Positions 10,556 through 20,570 of a stretch of 64,000 nt of DNA are shown piece after piece. Origin of the DNA: Spirochaetota bacterium (lineage in GTDB: Bacteria; Spirochaetota; UBA4802; JAFGDQ01); contig JAZDKB010000019.1 of assembly GCA_043803405.1 (NCBI GenBank), positions 32,001-96,000 of the forward strand. Reading direction: 5' to 3'. A program made the position numbers and the translations under genes. Numbering within the stretch: position 1 is the stretch's first letter; each line of letters begins with the position of its first letter. The notes below the pieces were generated by a model. The model was not told the DNA's origin, searched no databases, and saw only the letters and a list, made by a program, of their open reading frames with translations.

Positions 10556-12193
10556 TTAATAATCAAATTTAGCATACTTCAAACTTCCATTAGTACCATC
10601 ATGATAACTGATATGCGGATTATCATTGATATCAAGGGCTATTGAAGAATATTTGCCAACAGTTCCATTTCTATCCACTGGTATTATTAACCAGTTATTT
10701 CCAGTCCATCTGGCATATTTTAAATTTCCGTTAGTTTCATCATAGTAAGTGATATGCGGGTAATCATTACTATCTAGAGCAAGTGAAGAATATTTACCAA
10801 CATCTCCATTACTATCCACAATTACTATTGACCAATTACTTCCATTCCAACTGGCGTATTTTAAATTGGTATTAGTCGCATCATAGTAGCTGATATGCGG
10901 ATTATCGTTACTATCAATGGCTAATAAAGAATAACATCCAACATTATCATTAGAATCCACAGTTGCTATTGACCAATTACTACCTGTCCATCTGGCATAT
11001 TTCAAATAATCATTATTTGTGTCATAATAACTTATGTGAGGATTATTATTACTATCAAGAGTTATTGAATTATCTAAACCAACATATGGTGCATCTATAC
11101 TATCGAATGTCCAGCTAGTCTCCGTCCATTTAGCATACATTAATATGCCAAGCTCCAGATCACAGTAACTGATGTGAGGATTCCCACTACTGTCAATAAC
11201 TAGGGAAGTATCATATCCAATATAAGCACTATCTACAGTTGCTATTGACCAGCTACTCCCAGTCCATCTGGCATATTTTAAATCTCTGTTTGAGCTTGCA
11301 TCCAAATAGCTAATATGCGGTCTATTATTGTTGTCAATAGCTATTGAAGTATAAAGACCTAAATTTACTCCAGTGTCTATAGTTGATATTGACCAAGTGC
11401 TTCCGGTCCATCGTGCATATTTTAAATTACCATTAGAATAATTGTTATTATGATAATAATAACTGATATGCGGATTATCATTACTGTCCAGAGCTATTGA
11501 AGAGTATTCTCCAACAGTCCTATTAGGATCCACTGTCTCTTTTAACCATGATTTACCATTAATTGTAACCATATTTTCAAGTTCTACTTTATCAATATTT
11601 ATGTTTACAGTCGTAGTTTCTCCTGCTTTAATTTCAAAAGTAATTGATGTTGGTGACTGTACAAAATCAAAATAAAGAGTATCAACAGCATTCATATCAT
11701 ATGTATTCAGGTAGACATCCTGTCTCCAGAACTCAATAGCATAATCTTCTTTTTGCTCTAGTTTTAAAGAATAAATACCGGGTTTAAAATCTCTTAATTT
11801 GAAATAGTCATTATATAACAATACAGAACTATTTTTATTGTCTAAATATTCTCCAAGTGAGCACCAAGCTCCTGTATTGCTATAATTATGATATGTCTCT
11901 GTACCAGTTAAAGTAGCTTCAACATTAAAATTTATACAGGAACTAACACTATAAAAATTTGTAGTCGAGCTGGTCAAATAATTATACTGGTTTGCAATTT
12001 CTGTAATCGAATTAAAGTTCAAGTAGATATTTAAATCAATCTTCCCCATAGTCTCTGTTCCTGCCGAGTTATTATTAGCATCTCCACCAGAACAGGAAAT
12101 AATATTTAAGGAGAGTAAAATACATACACTAATAAAAAAAGTGGGTATAAAGTGTTTTACAATAGTAAAATTTTTAATTACAGATAATTTCAT
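10556..12193 (-). CDS. Lipoprotein with C-terminal beta-propeller repeats
   Basis: Lipobox IISC; about 7 repeats of VGxYSSIALDSNDNPHISYYD...LKYARWTG. Confidence 0.8.
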   Translation of the reverse strand: MKLSVIKNFTIVKHFIPTFFISVCILLSLNIISCSGGDANNNSAGTETMGKIDLNIYLNFNSITEIANQYNYLTSSTTNFYSVSSCINFNVEATLTGTETYHNYSNTGAWCSLGEYLDNKNSSVLLYNDYFKLRDFKPGIYSLKLEQKEDYAIEFWRQDVYLNTYDMNAVDTLYFDFVQSPTSITFEIKAGETTTVNINIDKVELENMVTINGKSWLKETVDPNRTVGEYSSIALDSNDNPHISYYYHNNNYSNGNLKYARWTGSTWSISTIDTGVNLGLYTSIAIDNNNRPHISYLDASSNRDLKYARWTGSSWSIATVDSAYIGYDTSLVIDSSGNPHISYCDLELGILMYAKWTETSWTFDSIDAPYVGLDNSITLDSNNNPHISYYDTNNDYLKYARWTGSNWSIATVDSNDNVGCYSLLAIDSNDNPHISYYDATNTNLKYASWNGSNWSIVIVDSNGDVGKYSSLALDSNDYPHITYYDETNGNLKYARWTGNNWLIIPVDRNGTVGKYSSIALDINDNPHISYHDGTNGSLKYAKFDY

Positions 12194-12346
12194 AACTTTC
12201 TCCTTGTTTATTTATTTTAAAATATTTTGTTTACTTGTATTATTTTATTTATAACAAATAAAAATTACTGTTCTTATTGCTTTTCTTTAAATAAATTTTT
12301 AATAGTTAAGATAGTAAAATGTTATCTTGTAGTTTAAATTGAATAT

Positions 12347-12811
12347 TTACATTAGTAATATAAGTAGACACGCAAGACCAGCTAATATCCATCCCCATCT
12401 AGAACAAGAACTACTCTCATTATTTGTATTGGAAGTAGATGTATTAGTAGAACTATATGAATTGGTTGAATTATTTGTCTTAGACTCTAAAATTATAAGC
12501 CGATTCTTTGCGGTTTCTAAATTTATTTTTGCAATCTCAACTTTTCTTTCTGCTTCAGCACGGCTCATTCTATTTACAGTGCGGGTAAAGGGGGCAAATT
12601 TACTTTTTGACAATGACATAATAATATCGCCGGAAGTTGTTGTTGCTGTTGTTTCATTATACTCCTTAATAGCGTTATTATATTCTTCCAATGCTTGATT
12701 ATATTCTCTTCGTGCCTCTTCAAGAGATGATTGGGATAAAATTTGTTTTGGAAGTAAAAATAAAAATATATAAATGAAAAAAATAAAAAGTAGGCAAATC
12801 CTGCTTTTCAT
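12347..12811 (-). CDS. Exported coiled-coil protein with Ser/Thr/Asn linker and C-terminal transmembrane anchor
   Basis: N-terminal hydrophobic signal, helical middle, STNTSTSNTNNESSSC linker, hydrophobic C-terminus; GGAGA RBS. Confidence 0.6.
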   Translation of the reverse strand: MKSRICLLFIFFIYIFLFLLPKQILSQSSLEEARREYNQALEEYNNAIKEYNETTATTTSGDIIMSLSKSKFAPFTRTVNRMSRAEAERKVEIAKINLETAKNRLIILESKTNNSTNSYSSTNTSTSNTNNESSSCSRWGWILAGLACLLILLM

Positions 12812-12850
12812 AAAATATCTCCATTGTTAATTTTTTATTAAATTTCTGGG

Positions 12851-12884
12851 TATAAGTGAAAAAATTTGGGAGATCGTCACAAAA
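12851..12884 (-). promoter_or_regulatory. Putative ECF sigma promoter (TTTTGTGACGAT-N13-TCACTTATA)
   Basis: Same bipartite motif with identical spacing lies upstream of the ECF sigma gene (17454-17487). Confidence 0.55.
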
Positions 12885-13000
12885 AAAATGAGGAATTATT
12901 TAAAAAAATTGTGTTTTTGGTAAGAAGTATGCTGGAATATAATTTTTAAAAAGCTGAGGGTTTATTAATCTATTTAAGTTTTATTAAATTATCACTATAA

Positions 13001-14008
13001 TCAGTAGCTTAAATACCAAATATCGCGTTTATAGGTTAAGCCATGATATTCGTCATATCCCCCAATTAACCATATTTTATCATTAAAAACTTGACTGACA
13101 TGGCTATAGCGAAAACTCCATAGTGTAGTTAGATCAGTTTGAGTCCAGTTAATACCATCAGAGGTATACCAAACATCATTGTATTCAGTTGAGATATTTC
13201 CATTTATACCACCCATAATCCAGATTCTGTTTTTGTAGACAGCGATGCTATGCCTGTCTCGCGGTACCCATTGAGCAGACGGCGTTACTTGAATCCAATT
13301 TATTCCGTTGATACTGTACCAGACATCATTTTTATCACTATCATCGTAACCACCAATTACCCACATTTTATTGTCAAAAACAACACTAAGATGATCATTC
13401 CGCCCCGTCCAGTTTGCTGCTGCTGTCGCTTGTATCCAGTATGTTCCATTGTCACTGTACCAAACATCATTTAATCTATTACCATTCCATCCGCCCATAA
13501 CCCATATTTTATTATCAAATACAACGCTGGATTGATCACGCCGGATACCCCAGGATGCGGACGCTATCGCCTGGGTCCAAGTAATGCCATTATCACTGTA
13601 CCAGACATCATTTTTAAGACTGTCATGAAATCCGCCTCCGATTACCCACATCTTGTTATCAAATACTACGCTTGTATGCTCATAGCGCGCTCCCCATTGA
13701 GCAGATGCTGTTGCCTGATGCCAGTTTATGCCGTCTTCGCTATACCAGACATCATTTTTCATGTTGCTACTGCTTCCTTCATACCCGCCCATTATCCACA
13801 TTTTATTATCAAAAACTACACTGGTATGAGATATTCGTCCGCTCCATGAAGTATTTTCAACTGCTCTTATCCAACTGCCAGATATATTATTATAGTCAAT
13901 TTCTTCCAGTGAGCCGGTGCAGGAAACAATGATAAGCGTAAATATTATTAAAACTATATGAAATAACCTCTTCATAGGAATTACCTTTTGAACATAATAA
14001 TTGATCAT
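13001..14008 (-). CDS. Kelch-like beta-propeller lipoprotein
   Basis: Lipobox IVSC; repeats of WxxRxxHTSVVFDNKMWxxGG...NDVWYSxDGxxW. Confidence 0.85.
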   Translation of the reverse strand: MINYYVQKVIPMKRLFHIVLIIFTLIIVSCTGSLEEIDYNNISGSWIRAVENTSWSGRISHTSVVFDNKMWIMGGYEGSSSNMKNDVWYSEDGINWHQATASAQWGARYEHTSVVFDNKMWVIGGGFHDSLKNDVWYSDNGITWTQAIASASWGIRRDQSSVVFDNKIWVMGGWNGNRLNDVWYSDNGTYWIQATAAANWTGRNDHLSVVFDNKMWVIGGYDDSDKNDVWYSINGINWIQVTPSAQWVPRDRHSIAVYKNRIWIMGGINGNISTEYNDVWYTSDGINWTQTDLTTLWSFRYSHVSQVFNDKIWLIGGYDEYHGLTYKRDIWYLSY

Positions 14009-14050
14009 GGTTTATAACATAGATGTAACCTTCATATAGGATGTTATATT

Positions 14051-15022
14051 TTAATATATGTACCAGACATCGCGAAAATTATTTACCGTATCATATCCGC
14101 CAAGTATCCATATTTTATTATCATATACTTCGCTTCTGAAGCAATAACGGGCAATCCAGTTTACAATTGCTGTACTCTGGGTCCATGTAATACCATTTCC
14201 GCTGTACCAGACATCATTATTTAATCCATCATTATCTAATCCACCCAGAATCCATATTCTATTATTAAACACTACACTTGTATAATAAGCACGGCCTGTC
14301 CAGGTTGCGTTTGACGTAGCTTGAGTCCATGTAATACCGTCAGCGCTGTACCAAACATCGTTTTTATATCCAGAAGCATCCCAACCACCGATTACCCATA
14401 TTTTATTATCAAAAACGACACTCGTTTGCCAATATCGGGCTGTCCAATTCGCGCTAGCTGTAGCTTGAGTCCACGTAATGCCATCTACGCTATACCAAAC
14501 ATCGTTATTCCTTGTACTACTACTATTATTCATTCCACCAATTAGCCACATTTTATTATCAAAAACAACACATGTGTGAGCTGACCGTGCACTCCAATTC
14601 GCACTCGCTGTAGCCTGTGTCCAAATGATGCCATCTTCACTGTACCATACATCATTTTTGTCAGTACCACCATTTCCACCGATTACCCATATTTTATTAT
14701 TATATGCCATACTTACAAGTTCAGTTCGGGGACTCCAGTTCGCATTTGCAGTAGCCTGAGTCCATGTAATACCGTTAGTGGTGTACCATACATCATTCTT
14801 ATACCCAGATTCATATCCACCGATAATCCACAATTTATTATCAAAAACCACACTTGCATGTGTTCTTCTGGCACTCCAATTCGCACTTGCTGTAGCTTGT
14901 GTCCAGCTATTTTGAGATAATGGATTGGTGTTTTTATTATAGTCAATCTCTTCAAGTGAACCGGTGCAGGAAACAATGACAAGAGTAAATATCAATAATA
15001 CAATATATAACAGCTTATTCAT
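14051..15022 (-). CDS. Kelch-like beta-propeller lipoprotein (paralogue of 13001-14008)
   Basis: Shares N-terminal IVSCTGSLEEIDYN with the neighbour; same Kelch repeats. Confidence 0.85.
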   Translation of the reverse strand: MNKLLYIVLLIFTLVIVSCTGSLEEIDYNKNTNPLSQNSWTQATASANWSARRTHASVVFDNKLWIIGGYESGYKNDVWYTTNGITWTQATANANWSPRTELVSMAYNNKIWVIGGNGGTDKNDVWYSEDGIIWTQATASANWSARSAHTCVVFDNKMWLIGGMNNSSSTRNNDVWYSVDGITWTQATASANWTARYWQTSVVFDNKIWVIGGWDASGYKNDVWYSADGITWTQATSNATWTGRAYYTSVVFNNRIWILGGLDNDGLNNDVWYSGNGITWTQSTAIVNWIARYCFRSEVYDNKIWILGGYDTVNNFRDVWYIY

Positions 15023-15049
15023 AAATAAAACCTATTATTATAAAAGATT

Positions 15050-16042
15050 CTAAAACCGAATCAACAAACCTGCTCCATAGAAATTTTCTTGTTTATTTTG
15101 ATTATATCCATTAAAACCTGAAGTGTATATTAACGGAATAACCGGCATATAATTACTTCCGGAAGAGGCTAATTCGACCGGTTTGGAAGTAAAATATTTA
15201 TAAATAAAAAATACTGCTAAAATAGTTGTTCCTATGCCAGCTCCATATAAAATATTTCTTGTCTTTTCATACTTATCTGCGTCTTCCTTTTTGCTGGTCA
15301 TACTATTTTGAAGTGAGGCCGCTTCATTTGGGTCAGTTGTCGTGTGGTACCTGTCTGCAAGACTGTTATAATCCGAGATTGTGCTTTTAAGTTTCGTGTC
15401 AAAATAATATCCGGTTCCGGCTAAACCTGCCGAAATGACAATAAAACTTATAGATAAAAATCCATAAGTTCCTTTTCTTGTTGATGGTTCACTTTTTATT
15501 AGCGGTTTTTCATCTTTTCCTTTATCAGTAATTATTACTTCTTTCCGATTTGCAACATTTCCCGATAATCTACCGGCAATTTGTTTAACTGCATCCTCAA
15601 TATCATCCTCTGTTGCAGCTTTTTCAGTCTCAGCCAGAATTATGCTGCCTTTGCTGATATCCACCATTTTGACGGAAAGAGTATATGTTTTAATTTTAGA
15701 AAGACTTCCAACCACTACAAGGTCAGCAGAAAGCAGTTTCCCGACCTGAACTAAACATGAAGTATCGGTACAACCGGACATCTGGAGGCCTTGTTCCTTC
15801 AGTATAAGGTCTATCATGCTTCTTTCAAGAACAACAAACGCAGCGCTTTTATGAAGATTGATTTCAAGGGTATCCCTGGCAATGTCCGCGTATGATTTGG
15901 GAGCGTTTTTTGCGTCAAAATTAAATACGGCAATCCGTTTCTTTTCATTTGCCGATAAAGAAATATTATTAAAAATAATACTAAAAATAAATATAAAAAA
16001 CGCCAGCCGATTAAATATTGTCATTTTAATATCCTGATTCAT
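15050..16042 (-). CDS. CsgG/HfaB-like domain protein
   Basis: IAVFNF...VLERSMIDLILKEQGLQMSGCTDTSCLVQVGKLL; paralogue of 9439-10374. Confidence 0.8.
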   Translation of the reverse strand: MNQDIKMTIFNRLAFFIFIFSIIFNNISLSANEKKRIAVFNFDAKNAPKSYADIARDTLEINLHKSAAFVVLERSMIDLILKEQGLQMSGCTDTSCLVQVGKLLSADLVVVGSLSKIKTYTLSVKMVDISKGSIILAETEKAATEDDIEDAVKQIAGRLSGNVANRKEVIITDKGKDEKPLIKSEPSTRKGTYGFLSISFIVISAGLAGTGYYFDTKLKSTISDYNSLADRYHTTTDPNEAASLQNSMTSKKEDADKYEKTRNILYGAGIGTTILAVFFIYKYFTSKPVELASSGSNYMPVIPLIYTSGFNGYNQNKQENFYGAGLLIRF

Positions 16043-16119
16043 ATATATTTTATAATATTTTTGTAATATTTTTAATATATAATCAAAATTGTCAACTTAG
16101 TCTTTGTTTTCGAGAAAAT

Positions 16120-16920
16120 TTATTTCCATTCAATTTCTTTAAGGATAGTTTCTGCAATGCCAGTGCATTTAACATCGATTTCATTAGCTGAATCAATTGT
16201 TTCGGTAACGCCGAAAATCACTTTTGAGTCTCCTACATCAATTACTTTCGCAGTGATAATTATTTTTTTTCCAAGACCGGACACTGAACCTGAAAGAATT
16301 CTGTTAAATCTAAGTCCCTTCTGGTTTTTGCTTAGATCAATAACCTTTCCTTGTCCAAGTGTGCGTAAAAGTTCATTATGTATATTATCTGTTACAGTTT
16401 TTGATAAGCTGCTTTCAATATTTTTTGCTGAAAAAAGATTTACACCCAGCCTGTATTTAACATTTTTATTATCACTCAAAATAGATTTTTCTTGAATTGC
16501 CTTATTCTCATCTTTTATAATATCTTTTAAATGTTTAGAGTTATCCTGTTCTGCGCTGAAATCAACCAATATTTGACTGTCGGACTTGTCGGATAATTCA
16601 GAGTTATTATTCTTTATATATTCAGCGGAAAATAATATTGCTGCTGTTAATATTCCGGCTGTGATTATTGAAATAATACCCAATATTATTTTACTTTGTT
16701 TAATGGAAAACCTAAGTTTTAGTTTATAGGAAAGAAAAAATATCCTGACAGCCAGGCCATAGATTAAATTATATTCGCCAAAATTCTGTAGTGTTTTAAT
16801 AAGTGCTTTTTGTTCATAACGAACAATAAATACCTTCACATCATTAGGCAGGAACTGCTTAAATCTGAATCTTAGTAAAAGCTTTTCAAATGTGCTTATG
16901 TTATTAATGCCATTGCTCAT
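16120..16920 (-). CDS. Single-pass membrane protein with C-terminal CsgG/FlgO-like domain; candidate anti-sigma factor
   Basis: 4-bp overlap with the ECF sigma gene; one TM helix; ILSGSVSGLGKKIIITAKVIDV C-terminal motif. Confidence 0.6.
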   Translation of the reverse strand: MSNGINNISTFEKLLLRFRFKQFLPNDVKVFIVRYEQKALIKTLQNFGEYNLIYGLAVRIFFLSYKLKLRFSIKQSKIILGIISIITAGILTAAILFSAEYIKNNNSELSDKSDSQILVDFSAEQDNSKHLKDIIKDENKAIQEKSILSDNKNVKYRLGVNLFSAKNIESSLSKTVTDNIHNELLRTLGQGKVIDLSKNQKGLRFNRILSGSVSGLGKKIIITAKVIDVGDSKVIFGVTETIDSANEIDVKCTGIAETILKEIEWK

Positions 16921-17432
16921 AGAAGATCCTCAATATTCCTGATGCCTTTTTTACTGAGATTGTCGATTATTTTATCAACTATATGCCTGTATTTATACTC
17001 TACCTGGCGTTTAGTAAGTCCCATTTGCCTTCCGGCCTCAGTATAGCTATAGTTATAAACAGCAACAAGATCGAATAGATTCTTTTCTTCATCGCTATTG
17101 AAATTGGCCATGTCTTCCATAGCTTCGCTAATTATTATCCGGGCATCTCTGAATCCGTTGACGAACGTTAAACTTATATCTTTAAAAACATCGTCGATAT
17201 CAATATCTCCTTTCTCCTTTCTATAAAATTCTAATACAACGTTTCTTAAAGTGCCATAAAGCCATTTGCGGCTATCAATAATTTTTTCATAATTTTCAAA
17301 GAATCTTATAAATACTTCCTGGCAAATATCTTTAGTGTCATCTATATTCTCAACCTTGGTGTAAACAGTGCTGAATATCAATGAATAATATCTTTTGTGA
17401 TCTTCAGTAAACCGGTCTTTTTTTTTGCTCAT
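16917..17432 (-). CDS. ECF-subfamily sigma-70 factor
   Basis: Region 2 DICQEVFIRFF...WLYGTLRN; region 4 YSYTEAGRQMGLTKRQV; 171 aa. Confidence 0.85.
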   Translation of the reverse strand: MSKKKDRFTEDHKRYYSLIFSTVYTKVENIDDTKDICQEVFIRFFENYEKIIDSRKWLYGTLRNVVLEFYRKEKGDIDIDDVFKDISLTFVNGFRDARIIISEAMEDMANFNSDEEKNLFDLVAVYNYSYTEAGRQMGLTKRQVEYKYRHIVDKIIDNLSKKGIRNIEDLL

Positions 17433-17453
17433 TGTTTATATGTTGTATATAAA

Positions 17454-17487
17454 TATAAGTGACTTTTTAATATAAATCGTAACAAAA
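17454..17487 (-). promoter_or_regulatory. Putative autoregulatory ECF promoter (TTTTGTTACGAT-N13-TCACTTATA)
   Basis: About 20 nt upstream of the sigma ATG; second copy at 12851-12884. Confidence 0.55.
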
Positions 17488-17888
17488 ATTTATTGTTAAG
17501 AAATTGAATTAAATGGGACACTTTTTGATAATCCATATATATAAAACTAATATTATTTAGCTTTAAAGATTAGGATTCATAGGATATCCTATGTTATGAA
17601 TTGTAAAATGAAGTATTGGTGAATATATGGGTATTAATCATCCAGGTTAATATTCAATAAAATATTTTTACTGATTCTAAATGAAGAAGTTTTACTTTCT
17701 TCAATAAACCGATGTAATGAATAAAGTTTTTATACTATATTTAATTAATAATATTTTTGTTTTCTACGAAAATAATACAAATTATAATTTTTGTTATACA
17801 AAAACAAGTATTTTTTAGTTAATTTTTAAGATTCATCCCTCAATTCAAGATAAATACAGGGTTTTAAATCATTTACTATTGTTTGAAT

Positions 17889-18719
17889 TTAATAATATTT
17901 TACTTCCATTTTAATTTTGTTGTAAATTTCTTGCTGGTGCGGTTCCCAATGAGTTATGATTCTCTTGTACTCTTTTTTAGGTAATACAATTATTCCACTG
18001 GTTTTAGTTTCCCTAACTGAAAATGATGAAATCAGATTAAATATATTTTTTAATTTTATTTCAAAATTATTTTTTTTATCTTCATCATCATATAAAGAGT
18101 TTGATAAATCTAAATTTTTTTTAAATTTTGAAAAAATATCACCAAGACTTTTCCCCTGATCTAAAAACCATATCTGTGACCATAGGTCGTATGGTCTATT
18201 GGCAATAGGAGTGCCAGTCATTATTACCCTTCGTGCAAACGTAGGGGCAATTTTAAAAAAAGATTTTGTTAGTGAAGATTTTGGATTTTTTAATTTTACG
18301 GATTCGTCTAAAATAATTCCAACTGGTCTTGTCTTATTAAATAAATCAATTCTTTCAATTTCACTTTTTATAACTTCATAATTGCAAAGAATAACTTTGG
18401 CAGGACTATTAAAAACATAATAATTTGAGTGCTTATTCTGAGATAATATTTTCGGATGCAGATAAGTGTGAAAAGATAATTCTTTTTCCCAATTCTTTAA
18501 CAAACTTTTTTTTACTACTATAAATACTGTGTCTATTATCTTTTTTTCAAACCAGTATAAAATTAAATCAATAGCAATTTTGGTTTTTCCTAATCCTTGT
18601 TCGTGAAATATTGCTGCATATTCTAAATCACATATTTCATCTTTTGCGTTTTTTTGGTATGGAAATGCCGCCAATTTTTCCTTATAATTTGGTTCAATTT
18701 TTAATTTTATTCTTCCCAT
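17889..18719 (-). pseudogene. SNF2-family helicase, N-terminal RecA lobe only (C-terminal domain missing)
   Basis: Motif I HEQGLGKT, II ILDES, III MTGTPIAN. Stops at 276 aa with no recognisable HelicC continuation before the sigma gene. Confidence 0.7.
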
Positions 18720-19168
18720 ATGGCGGAGTAATTTTTAATTTCTAAATTGATAATATCACAGATAATTATATAATTAATATCTTTTGCATCTATTTCAATA
18801 TCATTTAAGAAGTATTTAATTAACTGATTTGAATTCCTTAAATTTTTCCAAGGGACAGCAAGAATAAATAATGAGTTTTCATTACTTTTACAAAATTTTA
18901 AAAATGCCTTTATTTGATCTTCTGCATGATTCCAATATTTTTCTAATTCTTGACTTATCTTCGCTTCACCAATAACATAATTTTTATTACTTCTATAATT
19001 TATTCGAGCATATATATCCGGACAATAATTTTCAATTCTTTTAGGTTTGTTTATAATTGTTGAGTCAGATGTATCACTCATCAATAAAACATTATTTGAA
19101 TTATATTTTGAGAATATCCATTCCTTTATATTCTGTACAAGTAATATATGCTTATCAGATTCTGGCAT
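18707..19168 (-). CDS. Small PD-(D/E)XK-like nuclease-fold protein
   Basis: PDIYA...VIGEAK motif; overlaps the SNF2 start. Confidence 0.6.
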   Translation of the reverse strand: MPESDKHILLVQNIKEWIFSKYNSNNVLLMSDTSDSTIINKPKRIENYCPDIYARINYRSNKNYVIGEAKISQELEKYWNHAEDQIKAFLKFCKSNENSLFILAVPWKNLRNSNQLIKYFLNDIEIDAKDINYIIICDIINLEIKNYSAIWEE

Positions 19169-19180
19169 CGATCATCTATA

Positions 19181-20206
19181 TTAAGACTCAATAAATTTAC
19201 ATAATTCTATCAATTGATCTCTTGCATCAAATAAATCTTGTACTTCTGCTGATTCTCTTTCGTCTCTTAATTTTTGAGATTCTGACCATTGCATTGACAT
19301 AATCTTATTTGATAATTCTTTTGCTAATTGTTCTAATTTTGCATTTAGTAAGAATAAATTATCAGTTGGTTGAGGTGGGGCAATGGCATCCAATGCTTTT
19401 TGGACAGCATCTTTACCCTTTGTTTTTATAAATATTTCCCTGCTTTCTTTTTTAGGTAGAATAACAGGTAATTTCCTTACGTCTTCTAATCGTTTAAATT
19501 TTAAATCAATAACCCATTTTGCAAAATCTTTAAACGTAAAATTAGCATCGACTATAGCTTTTTTTACAGGAGTTCTCTGTAATTCAACAAAAGCTGAAAA
19601 CCTTGATGGATCAAAGTCGGAATCACTTTCAAGTTGAGACTTATATTCGTTTTCCATTACCAAATATGCTTCAATATAATCCTCTACTTCTTTTTTTCGT
19701 CCCCCGCAAAAATCAATTATCTGATTCATTGTAAGATGCTCAGAGTTTCTCAAATATTCAAGATATTTGGCTTTTGAGTACGGGTCCCATGCTCTTGGAC
19801 CAACAAGATGAGATTGTAACCTAATAGCATCAATTTCTTCTGGTGTCATTGCTTTATAAACAATAGATAGTATTTTATCCCATTTTCCGGGTATTTTTTT
19901 ATCATGGAACTCTTTATAAATTGCCAACCGAGTATTCCCTTCGATTACAACATATTTCTTATCAGACTTATCATTTACAATGATTGGATGTATAATCCCA
20001 CCATTAGTTTTAATAGACGTCTTTAAACTTTGAAAAGTGACACCATTCCCATCCGTTTGACTATCCCCAACTCCTAATGCCAATGCAATTTGTTCACTTG
20101 GGATATCATCACCATAAAATTCCAAGAATTGAGCAATACGAGGATTTGACTTATCTAATTCAATATCCTTTATTGGAATTAATTTAATACTATATTCTAT
20201 ATTCAT
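19181..20206 (-). CDS. ParB/Sulfiredoxin N-terminal domain protein
   Basis: IELDKSNPR...LKTSIKTNGGIIHPIIV...YVVIEGNTRL; GAGG RBS. Confidence 0.8.
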   Translation of the reverse strand: MNIEYSIKLIPIKDIELDKSNPRIAQFLEFYGDDIPSEQIALALGVGDSQTDGNGVTFQSLKTSIKTNGGIIHPIIVNDKSDKKYVVIEGNTRLAIYKEFHDKKIPGKWDKILSIVYKAMTPEEIDAIRLQSHLVGPRAWDPYSKAKYLEYLRNSEHLTMNQIIDFCGGRKKEVEDYIEAYLVMENEYKSQLESDSDFDPSRFSAFVELQRTPVKKAIVDANFTFKDFAKWVIDLKFKRLEDVRKLPVILPKKESREIFIKTKGKDAVQKALDAIAPPQPTDNLFLLNAKLEQLAKELSNKIMSMQWSESQKLRDERESAEVQDLFDARDQLIELCKFIES

Positions 20207-20570
20207 ATTTACCTCTTAATTTATGAGTTTAGATAATGACCAATTATTATTTCCATTATAAAGTTTTAGAATTAGGCGATTTTAATAACATTGCTTTATA
20301 ATTTTAATAATAGAAAAATATATTTTCTAAATTACAAGGACAATTTAAAAATAATTCAGTTTTTGAATCCTCTTTCAGAGTAATTATTTTAATAGTTATC
20401 TGAAATAAAATTTTTATAAAAGAACTTGATGATTTATAAATATTTTTATATATTTCCATCAAATAAAACGAGACATAATATAGCGGTTCAGGAATTAGAA
20501 ATAATTGTTCAAATTAAACGATACAAATGTTATTTTTAACTATTTAGGATTATATTCGGAGATATTATAA

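Noticed and set aside
13001..15022. Diversity-generating retroelement TR/VR pair in the Kelch paralogues
   Set aside because: Similarity is gene-wide paralogy, no adenine-restricted pattern was evident, and there is no reverse transcriptase in the window.
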